Assembly (NCBI RefSeq): GCF_000143415.4
Contig: NW_003314358.1
Location: forward strand, 192,827 to 256,826
Direction of reading: 5' to 3'
DNA from: Selaginella moellendorffii
Taxonomy: Eukaryota; Plantae; Lycopodiophyta
Length of the DNA: 64,000 nt
Within the stretch, counting starts at the first letter, position 1; the number at the start of each line of letters is the position of its first letter. A program made the position numbers and the translations under genes. Positions 59,207 through 64,000 of this stretch are shown here, piece by piece. The notes below the pieces were generated by a model. That model saw nothing but the letters and a program-made list of their open reading frames with translations. It made no database searches and was not told where the DNA came from.

Positions 59207-62200
59207 TATAGCGCATGTGGTTTTAACCCTTTATCCTATGATGATTTACCATAGAATAACACCACGAAGCAGAATCTAAACCCTCTTNNNNNNNNNNNNN
59301 NNNNNNNNNNNNNNNNNNNNNNNNNNNNNNNNNNNNNNNNNNNNNNNNNNNNNNNNNNNNNNNNNNNNNNNNNNNNNNNNNNNNNNNGTTATTTTAGCAT
59401 ATTGGTGGCCTAACGCAAGGACATGGGTACTCCACGAGAATAACTAACCATCATGAAAGATTATTAATCATCCCATCGAAAGGAGATATGCAAAATCATC
59501 ATTGAAGAAGGAATTCACCATCTCAAAGAATGGCAAATCATTCTTTATCAATAATAATCAAACAAAACTTCTAACAAGGATAATCAATTATCCTAGATGA
59601 TAGTCAATCATCACCAATGATTGCAAAATGAAAATACTAACTTCAACATCAAAGCTAAAGAGCCAAAATGCCTTCCCTAACAATTTGTACTAAATTGAAC
59701 AATGAGCATGAAAACTCAAAGACCAAAAGCTTGAAGAAGCCTATAACTAAGTCATGCTTAGCAATGATCACAAGTCTCGCATGAACTAACTTTAATGCTA
59801 AAGAAGAAAATCATGGTATAACCCATAACATCCTCCTCTCAACACATCCATAAACTAAACTTCATAATGCCAAAACTAATGAAGAGCATATTTGCATCAA
59901 TCCAAAAGCCAAGCACAATAGAGCTATGCTCAACAAGTGATCACTAAATGATCCTCCATGAATCCATCTTATAGTAAGACATAACTCATTGTATAACAAG
60001 CTCAAGAAGAATTATCAATGATCAATGTATCCCATCTTGAATCCAACAAGGAATCAAACATTCTAACATCAATCACTAACTCTTCCTTTCGTAAAGCTAG
60101 TATAGTTTACGACTAAATCACTTTTCAAAGAAAAACTCAAAGTTCAACCCTTACTAAACAATCTCGTCTAGAACACAACTAACTCAACTTGTTGTTTAGT
60201 TCGTTTGAACGCCAATATAGTTGCTAACTAGAAAATGCACGAATGCCAATAACACAAAGTCATAGCCAAATTATCAACATTATCTATATCAAGACTATGA
60301 AACTCAATATCAATCTTTTCAGAAAGGCATCTCATTTTACTTGAATCTCAACATTAATAATGTCAACAACAAGACATCACTTCAATGCCACCAACACCAT
60401 AATAAAACTAGAAGAAAGCAAAAGTAAATGACCACTCAAAACTCCCTAGCAACTAAACTAACCAGAGTCAAAGATATTTTAGTCAGTATCTGAGACCAAT
60501 CCTTCAGCAAAACTCAGTTACAGATAACACATCACCAAGGAGTGATTCACCACGTCCAAGACTCAATGAAATCCAACACCACGGACTAAACGTAACTAAA
60601 TAATATCGATAGAGGTAGAGTTGACATATCAACATGGAGAAACTATATAAGTTTAATGACACAATCCTCTGCAACACCATTTGATAAAGTAAGCCCATCA
60701 CCGCTAAATCATCATTGAGTAAAGCAAGTATCAGAGGTCCTCAATAAAGTCTATAAGCAACTATTAGTCACAAAGCAACTAACAATCACTCTTCAACTTG
60801 CTTTCACAAGACCCAAACACTAAACTCATGCCATCAAGTTATATACTTGTCCAACATGAACTCAATACCCTAGATACGAGATAAAGGTTCATGGATAAGC
60901 ACTAACTATATGACCACTAGAATCCAACTCAACCACGATAAGCTCACCAACATATCTAGTTAATAGCTTTGAGTATGCCTAACTATGCATGACCAACACT
61001 TAGCCGAAACTAAAGTGAAGACCATGAGATAGACTCATATCAGTACACAACCTCCACTTAGACAAAGCTATAGTACGAATATCAACATCTTAACCCTAAA
61101 CAACTAAGTTGAACATCACTATCGTCAGCCAAGGCACAGGGCTACCAAGACTAAGTCAAGATCAGCGAAATCTCACTACTTTCATAGAGTTGAACGAAAT
61201 GCAACCTGGCACCAAGCATAATGCTACAAAAGAAAGGCACAATGGTCACCCTTCTTAGAAAAGCGTAATGGCCACTTTTCTACATTAACTCCAGACTCTA
61301 TCCAATTCATTTGCCTTAGCCCCAAAAGTCAATATCCCTTTTGGGTCACATCATACAAAACTACCTACTACGGTTTAAGCCAACCGAAGTCAACTCCAAC
61401 CCCTTCACTAGTTTGTATTGACTTATGAAAACAGAATGGTTTTCGAGCAAAGTGATCAACAGATCAACCATTGGAAAAACCTAAGAAAATTTGTGGAAAA
61501 TTTTCCATCATAAAGAAAGAATGACTCTCAGTCTAGGAATACAAACTTTTAAGACTCAACCAACTTCCTCCTACCTACAACTTCACATAGGTTCACTTCA
61601 ACACCAATTCTCATAACCCATAGTATACTTAAGCCTTAAACATCTTTGCCCATTTTTCCGATATCCAACACCGATATCCACAAAATGCAAATGGAACATC
61701 CAAGGCTTGATCACGAAGACCATATCTTCAGTTATCCATATTGCACTAACACTCTTCTTCAATCATTCTCAAGATCCAATGTAAAACCAAAACACTAACA
61801 AGAAAAATGATATGAAAGATCAAAGTCTAAGGAAAATTTCTCATCACTCGAGACTACAATGCCACTTCCACTAACACAAGTGCTAGTGATGTCAATGCCT
61901 CAACTACACACCTTCTCTATTCAACAATCTACTCCAAGTGCTAACGGATCAACCAACAAGTTATAGCAAGTGAATGCTATAACCTTTTCCAACACCGCAT
62001 GGGCAAACTCTCACAAAAACAAGGTACCAACTTAAGCTCAACATAATGGATCACTATTGAGAATCTAGTCAAAGCTACTATAATGCTACTATATAAGTAG
62101 ACTAGCTTTACCATCAACCACTTTGGGGTTGATCATCATTTAACCGTAAACACATTATTCATTTTCACATGGATATGATATAAGTATCACAATGACACAC

Positions 62201-64000
62201 ATGTAGCACAATGGATCACCATTGAGAATCTAGTCAAAGCTACTTCTATACTACTTCGTGCAAGTAGACTTAGCTTCACTATCAACCACTTTGGGGTTCA
62301 TCATCTTTTAACCAAGTAACTTCGTAAGCACATTACCCATTATCATGTGAATATGATATAAGTATCATAATGACTTGATCATCAATCAAGCAACACTACG
62401 AGCAATGCCAATGTCATTACTTCAAAGGTTTATGTGAGTATCAAGTGTCAATTCAATTTGATAAAATGCAACATAAATGCCACACTCCACTAATAGAGAC
62501 TTACAACACTCAACACCACTAACTTTTGTTCATAACACAAACAAGTTCATGCCACTTTCTTTTTGACCAAACTCAAAACTAATTCAACACCAAATTACTC
62601 AAGGAGCAATAGTAAGGTTCTTTGGAAAAGAATTGAGTATTGCAACCCAAGTCTTCCAATAACAAGCTTAAACAAAATGGTATAGCGCTTCACCGCTATC
62701 CATCCCATGACTCACCACTTGCAAGACCATCATTTCTAACATGTATCAAGGTAGGGATTCTTGATTGCATAATGTGAATATAAGCAATGAGTTAACACCT
62801 CGTTGCAAACCATCTCTCCAAGAAGAGAAAATGATTTACGTGTAAGATCCTTCGTCCCTGATGACTCTCTTTTCGGTTTCATCTTTGATTAAACCTCAAG
62901 CTTGCGTTCGCACTGCCTTCAATCCAATCCAAGAAAAGTTTATGAGAGAGCACGGTAATGACTACTTGAACCAATATACTAATCCCTACAGTCTTGGTCG
63001 ATTCAGTTGTAATCATTCCTAGGAAGGATCCACTAGTGCCGTGTTAAATAGCTATGGACCGGCCTATTTGCCCCTCATAGCAAACCCAAGGAGGTTTGCT
63101 TTCACCCACGGTACATGGAACAACTCATGGAACCATTGGAACAACTCATAGAACCATCGATAGGCTAACATTAATCCTGCCAACTCAAAGTGTAACCTTG
63201 AGTTTCTAATGTGCCTCACTCATGAGCCCAAGCGCAAACTCACACAAATGGAACATCTCAGTCCATCTTATGAGCCTAAGAGCAAGCTCACATAATATAG
63301 TACAAAAAGGTAACCAAATCTATTGCCAAGAAACAATTGCGAAGTCTTTGCACCCAAATGTGTACTCATTTGGATCATCGTTTTCATCTTTGCGTATGCA
63401 ACGAGACTAGTTGCCCAATCTCATTAAATAGTACTTGCTGAAACTCATCCTCTGATACCAAATGTAACGCACGTGGTTTTTACCCTTTATCCTATGATGA
63501 TTTACCATAGGATAACACCACGAAGCGGAACTTAAACCCTCTTTATGCCACGTGACACATGCCACATGTCATATGCCATGTGTCCAAAGGACAATGGTGT
63601 GGAACCCAAGGTTCAGGGCCTTGGGCCATTGAACGAAGGAACGGTGCCAAACTCTTAAGCATGAAGCCAAGGAGTGACAAAACCGGACCACGGAGCAACT
63701 CCTGAGCATATAGCCCAAGGAGCGAAGGGACAAGAGCTCGGAGTGACTTGGAACAGTCCTAGAGCAACCAACATCCCAATGCCAGGACCAGTATGCAAAA
63801 TGGAGCCAAACGGAGTTTGGCGCTATTTCGGAATACCAGTGGCCTAATGCAAGGACATGGGTACTCCACCAGCTACCATGGAATGGAACTTGGGCTTAGA
63901 CCTAAGCTGGACGCAAAACAAGGACAAGCACACAAGCGAGAGCTAAACTATGCCTCAAGTTGGTTGGCCATGCCTGACTTACCCACTATCCCTACTATAC
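59207..64000 (-). mobile_element. Older, diverged copy of family A LTR element with an internal deletion; runs off the window
   Basis: 5' LTR from 63463 onward, PBS at 63450-63460, internal region collinear with 17957-~21830, 3' LTR end at 59207. Confidence 0.88.
59288..59387. other. Assembly gap (100 N)
   Basis: Run of N. Confidence 1.

Noticed and set aside
62040-62370. ~165-bp tandem duplication in the older family A copy
   Set aside because: Absent from the young copy; a post-insertion rearrangement with no evident function.

Overview
Compact land-plant genomic DNA. Short 40-80 bp introns, GC-rich intronless PLS-PPR genes and the gene content suggest a lycophyte such as Selaginella, which is my inference. 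The main object is a 13.2-kb cut-and-paste DNA transposon at 1922-15149. It has perfect 24-bp terminal inverted repeats, a 4-bp ATTC target-site duplication, and intact empty-site copies of the interrupted repeat elsewhere in the window. It carries a Sola-like DDE transposase on the + strand. Divergent from it is a long multi-exon cargo gene predicted to fuse a ParB/Srx-like domain, a degenerate N4/N6 DNA-methyltransferase-like domain and an FCP1/NIF-type HAD phosphatase. About 25 copies of a 22-bp palindrome (ATGGCRTGWGGCCWCAYGCCAT) are scattered through the element and I saw none outside it, which suggests a ParB/parS-like self-recognition system in a plant transposon. This copy is inactivated by nonsense codons and an 89-bp duplication. 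The rest of the window holds nested LTR elements: a young non-coding LTR element inside a solo LTR inside an old Gypsy, a second degraded nest, and a 225-bp fold-back built from two LTR 3' ends. Host genes include a PPR gene with an inverted pseudogene, a bulb-lectin ORF, tandem AUX1/LAX genes, a small secreted-peptide cluster, tRNA-Pro(AGG), an SMOS1-like AP2 gene, an XK-related gene, a group-I bZIP and an Alba gene. All domain calls come from motif recognition by eye; no searches were run.
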